Source: an uncultured bacterium (GTDB lineage Bacteria; Bacillota; Clostridia; Christensenellales; Pumilibacteraceae). Taken from it: a stretch of 64,000 nucleotides of DNA. Location: NCBI GenBank assembly GCA_949744905.1, contig CATKCE010000135.1, positions 15,888-79,887 of the forward strand, read 5' to 3'. Positions within the stretch are counted from its first letter, which is position 1, and every line of letters starts with the position of its first letter. The notes beneath the pieces are model-generated. The model was given only the letters and a program-made list of their open reading frames with translations, was not told the origin of the DNA and did not search any database. Made by a program: the position numbers and the translations under genes. Below are positions 1 to 7,471 of the stretch, piece by piece.

Positions 1-845
1 TTGCTTTTTATGTCGAGATTATCCGTCAAGAATTCCATTATTTCGTCGTCGGCGCCGTCGGTCTCCACCCTCACCGCGCCGAAAGACGCGCGCATTTCTA
101 TCTTCTCGCGCAGATATTTGGCAAAATCGTAATCGTATTCGCTGTCGCAATCCGCCTCGTCGGTCTCGAAGTCGGCGTTGCGCGTTACCCGCGCAAGCGC
201 TTTGCCGAGGCATTTATAACCCGCAAAAGCCAGATGCCCCAGCTCTTTTACGGTGTCCTCCAAAGTTATGAACTCGGCTTTTTTGCCGGAAAACACGTAA
301 ACGGGTCTCACCTTGGACGGCAACGGCATTACGCCTATCATTTTGCGGTCGCCGCGCTCCAACCTGAGTATCAAGTATACGTGCGCGTTTTCGAATCTCA
401 TAAGCGGATGCTTTGCGTCCAGCACCATGGGCGAAAGAAACGGCATGACCGACGACGCGAAATATTTTTTCAACTCGGCCCGACGGCAGTCGGAGAGTTT
501 TCCGCGCAACTGACGTATCCCGCTGTCTTTAAGATCTTTTTTGAGAACGCCGTATATCTTATCGGCGTCGGCAAACATTTTTTTGGTCTCGGCGAATATA
601 CCTCCGAGCTGCCGGCTTGCCGTAAGTCCGGTTTTGTTCTCGCGCGTCTTGGGGCTGACCGCCGCCTGATTGAACAGGCTGCCCACTCTTACCATATAGA
701 ATTCGTCCAGATTGCTCCGGAATATGGAAAAGAATTTACAACGTTCCAGTACGGGAACGCTTTTGTCCGCCGCCTGGCTTAAAACGCGCTTATTGAACAA
801 TAACCAACTGTATTCGCGATTTATATATTCATCTTTTATAAACAC
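1..845 (-). CDS. ppk: polyphosphate kinase 1, N-terminal part (gene continues past window start)
   Basis: Absent from the ORF track because there is no stop in the window. My minus-strand translation from GTG at 845 (GGAGA 8 nt upstream) stays open to position 1. It reads VFIKDEYINREYSWLLFNKRVLSQAADKSVPVLERCKFFSIFRSNLDEFYMVRVGSL..., matching the conserved PPK1 N-domain (E. coli [44 protein letters not shown]). Confidence 0.88.
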   Translation of the reverse strand, partial: MFIKDEYINREYSWLLFNKRVLSQAADKSVPVLERCKFFSIFRSNLDEFYMVRVGSLFNQAAVSPKTRENKTGLTASRQLGGIFAETKKMFADADKIYGVLKKDLKDSGIRQLRGKLSDCRRAELKKYFASSVMPFLSPMVLDAKHPLMRFENAHVYLILRLERGDRKMIGVMPLPSKVRPVYVFSGKKAEFITLEDTVKELGHLAFAGYKCLGKALARVTRNADFETDEADCDSEYDYDFAKYLREKIEMRASFGAVRVETDGADDEIMEFLTDNLDIKS

Positions 846-912
846 CTTATTTTCTCCGCTGTTTTCCGTCTTACAATATTATGACGGCGCTTTGTAAAAC
901 GTTCTCATTATC

Positions 913-1986
913 TCAAAGCCCGTCTCCGAAAGATACTCCGATCCGCCGCGCCGACGCTATCATGGGATGATCGAGAGGCACCCATTTGGTCCTGCCGGCG
1001 ATATCTTCTATTTTATTATGCGTAATTTTGTCTCCGCGTATAGCTACCGTCGTTCCGAAAAGTCTTTCTTTGCACAAAAAACCGGCGTAAGCGCCCACTT
1101 CGGTGGACAGCGCGCGGTCCAGAGCGCTGGGACTTCCGCCGCGCTGGATATGTCCCGGCACCACTACGCGCGTATCCACTCCGGTACGTTTGTTTATCTC
1201 TCGGGCAAGACGGTTGGTTGCCGTCACGTCGCCGGTCTCGCCGCGCTTTTGCGCCCGTTCCTTTTTTTTGAGTCCGGCCTCGCTCTTTTCCAGCGCCCCC
1301 TCGGCTATCGCAATTATGCTGAAAGCCTTGCCCGCCTCGGCTCTTTCGAGAACTTTGCGGCACACGGTGGCGGTATCGAAGGGGATCTCGGGCAAAAGAA
1401 TTATATCCGCGCCTCCCGCGACTCCGGCGTACAGCGTAAGCCACCCGACTTTGTTGCCCATTATCTCCACAAGCATGGTGCGCCCGTGGCTTGCCGCCGT
1501 GGTATGCACGCGGTCAATGCACTCCGTAGCTACGTCCACCGCGGAATAAAATCCGAATGTGACGTCTGTGCCGAAGATGTCGTTGTCTATCGTTTTGGGA
1601 AGCCCGACTATGTTCAGTCCCTCGGCCGACAGAAGAGCCGCCGATTTGTGCGTCCCCGCGCCGCCCAAAGTAAGAAGCGCGTCCAAACCCATCTTTTTAT
1701 AATTGCGCTTCATTTTTTCTATTTTGGTGGAATTGTTTTCCTCCACCGTCATTTTTTTGAAAGGCTGTCGACTGGTGCCCAGGATAGTCCCGCCCACGTT
1801 GAGTATGCCGGAAAAATCGTCGGGTTCCATTTTTTTGTACTCGCCGTTTATAAGTCCGCCGTAACCGTCGGCTATGCCGTATATCTCGACGTCCGCAATA
1901 TTGTTGTAGGCATATTTGGCAAATCCGCGTATGACCGCGTTAAGCGCGGGGCAATCCCCGCCGGAAGTCAGTATTCCTATTTTCAT
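913..1986 (-). CDS. pfkA: 6-phosphofructokinase (PfkA family; ATP vs PPi specificity not determined)
   Basis: The ORF 913..2022 contains MKIGILTSGGDCPALNAVIRG, LTLGGAGT, PKTIDNDI and HIQRGG motifs. I chose the start at MKIG (1986) because GGGGGAG lies just upstream. Confidence 0.9.
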   Translation of the reverse strand: MKIGILTSGGDCPALNAVIRGFAKYAYNNIADVEIYGIADGYGGLINGEYKKMEPDDFSGILNVGGTILGTSRQPFKKMTVEENNSTKIEKMKRNYKKMGLDALLTLGGAGTHKSAALLSAEGLNIVGLPKTIDNDIFGTDVTFGFYSAVDVATECIDRVHTTAASHGRTMLVEIMGNKVGWLTLYAGVAGGADIILLPEIPFDTATVCRKVLERAEAGKAFSIIAIAEGALEKSEAGLKKKERAQKRGETGDVTATNRLAREINKRTGVDTRVVVPGHIQRGGSPSALDRALSTEVGAYAGFLCKERLFGTTVAIRGDKITHNKIEDIAGRTKWVPLDHPMIASARRIGVSFGDGL

Positions 1987-2047
1987 GTTTATGCTCCCCC
2001 GTCCGGCAACGCCGTTTATCAATGCGCCGGCATCTCATTCTCTTTTG

Positions 2048-3292
2048 TCACGCGATCCCGGCAAGCCGTTTTATCTCTTTTTCCAATACCATTTTCCCCA
2101 CGTCGGCTCTTTCTATTTCGTACTTAAGCAAAACTTTTCCTGCTTCGGACTTGTCTTTCGCCCCTATGCGCAATTCGTAGTATTTTACGTAAGTGGAAAA
2201 ATCCTGCATGTCGTCGCCGACTTCCATTGAAAACAGTATATGGAAAAACGTGTTGCAAAAAAAGTCGTCGTTCATTTCGGATATGAACTTCTTTCCTATG
2301 ATTTCCTGCATTTCGTTTTCGTATACGAAAGGATGGTCGAAGTTTATGGGACGCCCCACTCCTATACGCGTCAGATCCACTAAACGCATCCAGTCCATAA
2401 AACGCATTACCGTCTGTCCGAAGGGAGACGGCTCTCTGCCGGGCGTGCCCCCGCCGTTACGCTCGCCGCCCCCGTGCGCAAACGATGAATATTCCAGAAT
2501 ATATTTTACGAGCGCCTGACTGTAAGGCTTTATATTCACCGAAATACCGGTCTGTATCTCCACCACGCGGGAAAACACTTCGTTTATAAGTCCCAAAAGC
2601 ATATTCCCTATCGCCGCGGTCTGCCCCGACTGCGAGGTATCGAGACAGTGACAAAACAGCATATTGAGCTGCCTGTCGATGTTTTTGAGGTTTTCGTTTA
2701 TACTGCTCATAAGTTCGTTCACAAAACCGTCAATGAGCATGAACCTCTTGTTTTTATAAATTATTTTATGCTCTATCTCCGACCAAAAGCTGTTTACCAG
2801 CGACTTTATTTGCAATTCGTAATTATATTTTTCGCCGCCGTAAACGACGTATCCGTCTATCCGGTAAATTTCCAGTCCGTTTTTCTGCTTTTCCGGCTGA
2901 GGCGCGCCGAGTTTCAGTCGCAGGTGTTTGCGGCCCTCGGGATAAAAATATCCGTCCTCCGCCTCGTGACAAAACAGCGAACCTAGTTTTTTATACAAAA
3001 CTCGTTCGTCCTCCAAAAAGCGGCATTCGAGACGAATGCCCGCAATATCCGAGCATTCGCCCACAAGAGTTTCCGCCGGAAACTGTTTATAAAGATCGTT
3101 GCGGATTATCTTCTCTTTGAGAGACGGTACCGTTTTTATCCTGTACGTCACGCCCACGAGCGCGTCGAAATCCTCAAACGCTTTTTCGAGATAAGCGGCG
3201 ATTTTAGCCGCGCTTTTATTGTAACTCTCGCGTTTTTCTTCCAAAACCGCGCAAGCCTTGTCTATATAACCGAATACGTCGAGTTTTTCCAT
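2048..3292 (-). CDS. RelA/SpoT (nucleotidyltransferase/alarmone-synthetase fold) domain protein with ~210 aa uncharacterised C-terminal half
   Basis: 414 aa. Synthetase-fold motifs are RIKTVPSLKEKI, DIAGIRLECRF and ELQIKSLVNSFWSEIEHKIIYK. No HD hydrolase motif is present. AGGGAGA SD lies in the 12-nt gap after the glpK stop. Confidence 0.75.
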   Translation of the reverse strand: MEKLDVFGYIDKACAVLEEKRESYNKSAAKIAAYLEKAFEDFDALVGVTYRIKTVPSLKEKIIRNDLYKQFPAETLVGECSDIAGIRLECRFLEDERVLYKKLGSLFCHEAEDGYFYPEGRKHLRLKLGAPQPEKQKNGLEIYRIDGYVVYGGEKYNYELQIKSLVNSFWSEIEHKIIYKNKRFMLIDGFVNELMSSINENLKNIDRQLNMLFCHCLDTSQSGQTAAIGNMLLGLINEVFSRVVEIQTGISVNIKPYSQALVKYILEYSSFAHGGGERNGGGTPGREPSPFGQTVMRFMDWMRLVDLTRIGVGRPINFDHPFVYENEMQEIIGKKFISEMNDDFFCNTFFHILFSMEVGDDMQDFSTYVKYYELRIGAKDKSEAGKVLLKYEIERADVGKMVLEKEIKRLAGIA

Positions 3293-3304
3293 GGCTGTCT
3301 CCCT

Positions 3305-4801
3305 TTATTGTTTGTATCTCGCCCTCGCGACCGCGGTCTTCCAACCGAATATTTTTTCGTTCCGTTCGTCCGCCGAAATTTGCGGCTTGAAAACGCGGTC
3401 GGCAAAATCTTCTTTTTGAAGCATGTTTACCGTCCTGCTGCCGGCGGTGCGTGCGGCAAGCATAGCCGCGCCCAAAGCGGTGGTCTCGATTATGCGCGGA
3501 CGCACTATCTCCGCCCCCGTTATATCCGATAAAAACTGCATCAAAAAGTTGTTCGCGCTCGCGCCGCCGTCAACCGCGAGCCGGTCGATATCTATCCCCG
3601 TATCGCGCCGCATAGCGTGTATCACGTCGAAACACTGGTACGCTATCGATTCCAGCGTGGCGCGCACTATGTGTCCGCGCGACGTGCCGCGGGTTATCCC
3701 GCATATCGTTCCGCGGGCGTCGCTGTCCCAGTACGGCGCGCCCAGCCCCACAAACGCCGGAACCACGTAAACTCCGCCGCAATCCGGCACCGAGCACGCC
3801 GCGGCTTCGCTTTCCTCCGCCGAACTTATCAGTCCCATCTGGTCGCGCAGCCACTGCACCGCCGCCCCTCCGGTAAAAACGCTGCCTTCAAGAGCGTAGC
3901 ACGGCTGACCGTCGGCGTCGGCCGCGAGCGTGGTTATAAGCCCCCTGCGCGACGCTATGCTGTCGCCTCCGGTATTCGCAAGCAAAAAACACCCCGTCCC
4001 GAATGTGCACTTTACCGAGCCGCGCGCAAAACAACGCTGTCCGAACAGCGCCGCCTGCTGATCGCCCGCCACCGCGCAAATCGGTATTTTGCGGCCGAGG
4101 ACGTCGGCGGACATGTATCCGAAAACATGCCCCGACGGATAAACCGACGGCAACATTTCCCGTTTTACGCCGAACAACCGCAAAAGGTCCGCGTCCCACT
4201 CCTTTTTATGTATATTGTACAGCATGGTGCGCGACGCGTTGGTATGGTCGGTGGCGAATATATCGCCTCCCGACAGCTTGTACATTAAATATGTATCCAC
4301 CGTTCCCACGCGCAACTTTCCGCTTATTGCGAGTTCACGCGCTTTATCGACGTTATCGAGCAACCATTTTATCTTGGTAGCCGAAAAATACGCGTCGGGC
4401 GCAAGTCCGGTTTTTTCGTATATGAGTTTTTCGCAACCCGCTTTTATAAGCCGCGCGCATTCGTCGGCTCCGCGCCTGCACTGCCATACGATTGCGTTGT
4501 AAACCGGCTCGCCGGTTTCCGCGTCCCAGGCGACGACTGTCTCGCGCTGGTTAGTCATACCCGCGGCTTCGATATGTTCCGCGTTTATCCCGCTTACGGC
4601 TACCGCCCGTTTCATCACTTCGCATGCCGAATCCAGTATGTCTGACGGGTCGTGCTCGACCCACCCGGCGCGCGGAAAAATCTGCCGGAACTCCTCTTGC
4701 GCCGAGCCGACCGCCTCACCGTTTTCATCGAAAATTATAGCTCTCGTGCTCGTTGTGCCCTGATCCAGCGCAAGCACGTATCTGCTTTGATTGGCTTTCA
4801 T
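3305..4801 (-). CDS. glpK: glycerol kinase
   Basis: 498 aa. YVLALDQGTTSTRAIIFD, ETVVAWD and GDQQAALFGQ are typical FGGY/GlpK signatures along the full length. Confidence 0.95.
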   Translation of the reverse strand: MKANQSRYVLALDQGTTSTRAIIFDENGEAVGSAQEEFRQIFPRAGWVEHDPSDILDSACEVMKRAVAVSGINAEHIEAAGMTNQRETVVAWDAETGEPVYNAIVWQCRRGADECARLIKAGCEKLIYEKTGLAPDAYFSATKIKWLLDNVDKARELAISGKLRVGTVDTYLMYKLSGGDIFATDHTNASRTMLYNIHKKEWDADLLRLFGVKREMLPSVYPSGHVFGYMSADVLGRKIPICAVAGDQQAALFGQRCFARGSVKCTFGTGCFLLANTGGDSIASRRGLITTLAADADGQPCYALEGSVFTGGAAVQWLRDQMGLISSAEESEAAACSVPDCGGVYVVPAFVGLGAPYWDSDARGTICGITRGTSRGHIVRATLESIAYQCFDVIHAMRRDTGIDIDRLAVDGGASANNFLMQFLSDITGAEIVRPRIIETTALGAAMLAARTAGSRTVNMLQKEDFADRVFKPQISADERNEKIFGWKTAVARARYKQ

Positions 4802-4807
4802 ACGCCT

Positions 4808-4836
4808 ATTATATCATGCGCCGTTACAATTTTCAA
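4808..4836 (-). promoter_or_regulatory. sigma-70 type promoter TTGAAA-17-TATAAT ending 6 nt before the glpK ATG (leaderless-type arrangement)
   Basis: Minus strand reads TTGAAAattgtaacggcgcatgaTATAATaggcgtATG. There is no SD between the -10 and the start. Confidence 0.55.
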
Positions 4837-4855
4837 CGATTTGAGCTTTGAATGT

Positions 4856-5398
4856 TTATTTTTCGGACGCCCCGTCAGGCAGTCCGGTCTGCTTTTTTGC
4901 GCGCATAAGATCCGAAAAACGCGTTGCCGCCATAAAGCGGTATCTTTTGACGGCCGGCAAAAGCGCGAAATACAGCGCCACGCCTCCTATCAATACGGCG
5001 ACCGCTTCGCCCGCGCCCACCGTAAGCACGTTAAACCAGTAAGGCTCGCTCGCATCGCCCGCCAATAAAAATATTACGGGCACGATAAAAGCGTTCAACA
5101 ATACGGGAGGGATAACGCCCAGATATATCTTACGGCAAAAATACGTTACCGACGCCGCGACTACCGTAGCCGCCGTCCCCAAAACCATATCCGTCCACAT
5201 GCCCGAAAAGCAGTTGGCGATAAAGCAACCTATCGCAAGCCCCGGAACAGCTTCGGCATAAAAAAGCGGCAGTATCGTCAGCGCCTCGCTCACTCTGCAC
5301 TGCACAGGGCCGAAAGATATCGGATAAAGCAACAGTGTGGTGACTGCGTAAAGCGCGGCAATTACCGCCGTCCGCGTTATTACAAGTGTTTTTTTCAT
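4856..5398 (-). CDS. queT: QueT-family queuosine-precursor transporter (ECF S-component like)
   Basis: 180 aa polytopic protein. AVIAALYAVTTLLLYPISFGPVQCRVSEALTILP matches the QueT family pattern. Confidence 0.78.
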   Translation of the reverse strand: MKKTLVITRTAVIAALYAVTTLLLYPISFGPVQCRVSEALTILPLFYAEAVPGLAIGCFIANCFSGMWTDMVLGTAATVVAASVTYFCRKIYLGVIPPVLLNAFIVPVIFLLAGDASEPYWFNVLTVGAGEAVAVLIGGVALYFALLPAVKRYRFMAATRFSDLMRAKKQTGLPDGASEK

Positions 5399-5524
5399 TT
5401 TTCAATACCTCTTTGCCCGCAAAGACGCCTGTAACCGCAATTAAAAAGATTTTGTCGGCGCGTCCAGCTTTATTGCGTCGGTCCGCCTTTCCGTAAACAC
5501 GTCGGCGGACTCCGCAGCACGACC
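5399..5524 (-). promoter_or_regulatory. ~125-nt structured 5' leader of queT (candidate riboswitch, class not assigned)
   Basis: It lies between the promoter and the SD. It contains the hairpin GTCCGCC-n16-GGCGGAC and an A-rich tract (CGACAAAATC). QueT genes are commonly preQ1-riboswitch controlled. Confidence 0.3.
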
Positions 5525-5554
5525 ATTGTAAGGTGTTTACGACATATTTGTCAA
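5525..5554 (-). promoter_or_regulatory. queT promoter TTGACA-18-TACAAT
   Basis: Minus strand reads cTTGACAaatatgtcgtaaacaccttTACAATgg. Confidence 0.55.
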
Positions 5555-5644
5555 GTTTATTTGCGGTTTTCGTCACACGGTCCACACTTTTTTACTGTAT
5601 TATGGGAATAATCATCAGATATAAAAAACGACGGAGGGAACGTT

Positions 5645-6484
5645 ATGCAAGAGAAACGCGACGATATAAAAGTTGCCGCGCGCGGAAAAAACGTCCGCGC
5701 GACAGCCGTCATCGTATGCCTGTTTATAATATTCGCCGCGGCGATAGGATTGACGGCAGGATACGCGGGGTACGCCGCGGGCAAAAACGATACGACGGTG
5801 ATATATTACAGGGACGGCGGGACCGTAAGCGATTTATCGCCGGGCGGCGAACAAACCGTCGCCCGAGTAGTGGAATCCGTCGCCGATTCGGTAGTGGAAA
5901 TAAACTGCACGGTGGAAACAACAACGTCAAGTTGGGGCGGCATACCCGTGACAAAGCGCGGAACAAGCGCCGGCAGCGGAGTGATAATATCGGCTGACGG
6001 AACGATAATAACCAACCACCACGTTACGGAAAACGCCGTGAGCATAACCGTGCGTTTGCGCGGCGGACAGACATACACGGCGTCCACGGTCGGATCGGAT
6101 CCCGATAACGACATCGCCGTACTGCGTCTGGACCGATTCGACACCCGACTTACGTGCGCGGTGTTCGGCTCGTCCGCATCGCTCAAAGTGGGTCAACCGG
6201 TGGTAGTCATAGGCAATCCCCTGGGCACCTTGGGCGGAACGGTCACCGACGGCATAATAAGCGCGCTCGACCGCGACGTTACCGTAGAAGGCAAAACGAT
6301 GCGGCTGTTGCAGACAAACGCTTCGATAAACTCGGGAAATTCCGGGGGCGGAATGTTCGATATGGACGGCAGGCTCATCGGCATAGTAAACGCGAAATCG
6401 ACCGGCGACAACGTGGAAGGACTGGGATTCGCAATACCCGCCGATACCGCTTATAAAGTCGTGACGGATATCCTCGCTAATTGA
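5645..6484 (+). CDS. S1C (HtrA/DegP-like) trypsin-family serine protease, membrane anchored, no PDZ domain
   Basis: 279 aa with an N-terminal TM. Triad contexts are ITNHHV, DNDIAVLRL and GNSGGGMF. GGAGGG SD is present. Confidence 0.85.
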   Translation: MQEKRDDIKVAARGKNVRATAVIVCLFIIFAAAIGLTAGYAGYAAGKNDTTVIYYRDGGTVSDLSPGGEQTVARVVESVADSVVEINCTVETTTSSWGGIPVTKRGTSAGSGVIISADGTIITNHHVTENAVSITVRLRGGQTYTASTVGSDPDNDIAVLRLDRFDTRLTCAVFGSSASLKVGQPVVVIGNPLGTLGGTVTDGIISALDRDVTVEGKTMRLLQTNASINSGNSGGGMFDMDGRLIGIVNAKSTGDNVEGLGFAIPADTAYKVVTDILAN

Positions 6485-6661
6485 TCCCGATCGATAAAAC
6501 CGTAAAAACGCTTCCAAAGGGACAAAGCGCAATATCACGCGTTTCGCCCCTTTTTTTTGCGAATTTGCCTTAAAAAGACAAAAACTTTTGACAAAAATAC
6601 GTTTTACGGTTATACTATATGTAAATTAGAATGGATGATTATACGACAAAGGATTTCCGAT

Positions 6662-7453
6662 ATGGACGATAACGCACAAGACGCTACGATACAGACAAAC
6701 GACGCGCCGGAAACGCAAGACGTTTATTCGGACGACGGCGTGTACGAAACCGTCGTGACTCCCGCCGGAAACGACGATAAGCGCACCGCCCTTATATACT
6801 TCATATTCGCCGCCATAACTCTGGCGGGCATATACGTCGTCCAGCTTTTCCGCTTGACCGAACCGCTTTTTCAATACGTTTACCGCGGAAATATGTCCAT
6901 GGTATTCTTTTACGGGCTTTGCGTAGTTTTCTGGGTGCCGTTTATCATCTTACTCAACAAATTCGTAAAAAAATACACGGGTTCGAATCTGTTTGCGCAT
7001 GCCGATACTCCAATATCGCTTAAACGCACAATGATAATCTACGCCTGCGCCGTTATTCCCATATTCATAATTTCGGCGTGTTTGGGATTTACGCTTAAAA
7101 TAGTTTACGAACTCGGCAGCCGCGTATCGCAAATGCAGATAATCACAAACGCCACAATGTATGCCAACGGAGCGGTAAAACTCATTTTGGCGGTAATATT
7201 TTTACAGCTTACGCACAAGGCGTGCGAACTTTTGTACCGCGGCAAATTCGCAAACGTCATACCCTGGGGCGGCATAGTGCTCGCGCTTACGTACGGGCCT
7301 TTGGAGCTCGCGGTAGCGTACATCACAGGCTCGGGGGTAATGTTCGCCTGGCTGGGCATAGCCTTTGCCCTCTTGTACGGCATTATCTATTTGCTCGGCA
7401 AAAAAAGTTTTTTTATAACATACTTTGTCAGCTTGATAATTTATATATTATAA
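6662..7453 (+). CDS. hypothetical polytopic membrane protein
   Basis: This is the in-frame part of ORF 6557..7453. The promoter TTGACA-17-TATACT at ~6590-6618 lies inside the longer ORF, so I moved the start to the ATG at 6662 (AAGGA 9 nt upstream). Several hydrophobic segments are present. Confidence 0.6.
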   Translation: MDDNAQDATIQTNDAPETQDVYSDDGVYETVVTPAGNDDKRTALIYFIFAAITLAGIYVVQLFRLTEPLFQYVYRGNMSMVFFYGLCVVFWVPFIILLNKFVKKYTGSNLFAHADTPISLKRTMIIYACAVIPIFIISACLGFTLKIVYELGSRVSQMQIITNATMYANGAVKLILAVIFLQLTHKACELLYRGKFANVIPWGGIVLALTYGPLELAVAYITGSGVMFAWLGIAFALLYGIIYLLGKKSFFITYFVSLIIYIL

Positions 7454-7471
7454 ACGGGGCGGGTCTTTACA

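Noticed and set aside
19-782. ORFs 19..213(-), 234..782(+) and 313..513(+) at the window start.
   Set aside because: The region is fully explained by the ppk frame on the minus strand (open 845 to 1, strong PPK1 motifs). The listed ORFs are other-frame or antisense artefacts.
967-2127. Very long ORFs antisense to confident genes: 967..2127, 13478..14509, 14625..15608, 17302..18528, 22419..23441, 29823..31229, 31521..32744, 46353..47234, 58784..59923.
   Set aside because: Each lies opposite a gene with clear family motifs. Their translations are R/F/Y/C/H-rich low-complexity strings without SDs. They are shadow ORFs produced by the strong codon bias (a scarcity of codons whose reverse complement is a stop).
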